A stretch of 64,000 nucleotides of DNA from Felis catus (lineage: Eukaryota), in NCBI RefSeq assembly GCF_018350175.1, contig NC_058383.1, positions 28,026,001 to 28,090,000 of the forward strand. Direction: 5' to 3'. Below are positions 63,875 to 64,000 of the stretch, piece by piece. The notes beneath the pieces were generated by a model, which was not told the DNA's origin, ran no database searches, and saw only the letters and a list, made by a program, of their open reading frames with translations. Position numbers and translations under genes: made by a program. Position 1 is the stretch's first letter. The number at the start of each line of letters is the position of its first letter.

Positions 63875-64000
63875 TTTTTTTTTTTTTTAAGTTTTATTTA
63901 TTTGAGAGCGAGCCAGCGCCTGCATGAGCAACGCCAGGGCAGAGACAGAGACAGAGAGAGACAGAGAGAGGGAATCCCAAGCAGGCTCCACGCTGTCAGC
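63875..64000 (-). mobile_element. CAN-SINE, cut by window end
   Basis: Poly-T, then gagacagagacagagagag...aatcccaagcaggctccacgctgtcagc. Confidence 0.85.

Noticed and set aside
1..64000. tRNA genes, CRISPR-like arrays or a MIAT-type TACTAAC repeat lncRNA
   Set aside because: tRNA-like A/B boxes all belong to CAN-SINE heads; no regular repeat-spacer array or tandem TACTAAC repeat was seen.

Overview
Mammalian genomic DNA from a cat (felid), judged by about 29 tRNA-derived carnivore CAN-SINEs, six of them from a young, near-identical felid subfamily, plus felid-type L1 3' ends. The window is repeat-rich and looks intergenic or intronic. It carries many ancient MIR, L2, MaLR (MLT1), ERVL LTR and hAT DNA-transposon fossils and several microsatellites. 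I found no intact protein-coding gene; the long six-frame ORFs arise from SINEs, L1 or microsatellites, or are chance ORFs. The clearest non-repeat gene-like elements are a processed RPL41 pseudogene on the minus strand (about 56.9-57.4 kb) and a CpG-island promoter at about 43.8-45.06 kb. That island has minus-strand splice donors and candidate downstream exons, suggesting a possible lncRNA or the non-coding 5' end of a gene. There is also a TATA/CCAAT promoter-like block at about 33.3 kb and several repeat-free enhancer-like blocks. Notable structures include a roughly 270-bp tandem duplication at the CpG-island edge with asymmetric CpG decay, nested and compound SINE/L1 insertions, and a 250-bp microsatellite grown inside a MER63 transposon. 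I see no well-supported novel biological system. Repeat family names are recalled from consensus sequences, not from a search, and repeat boundaries are approximate.
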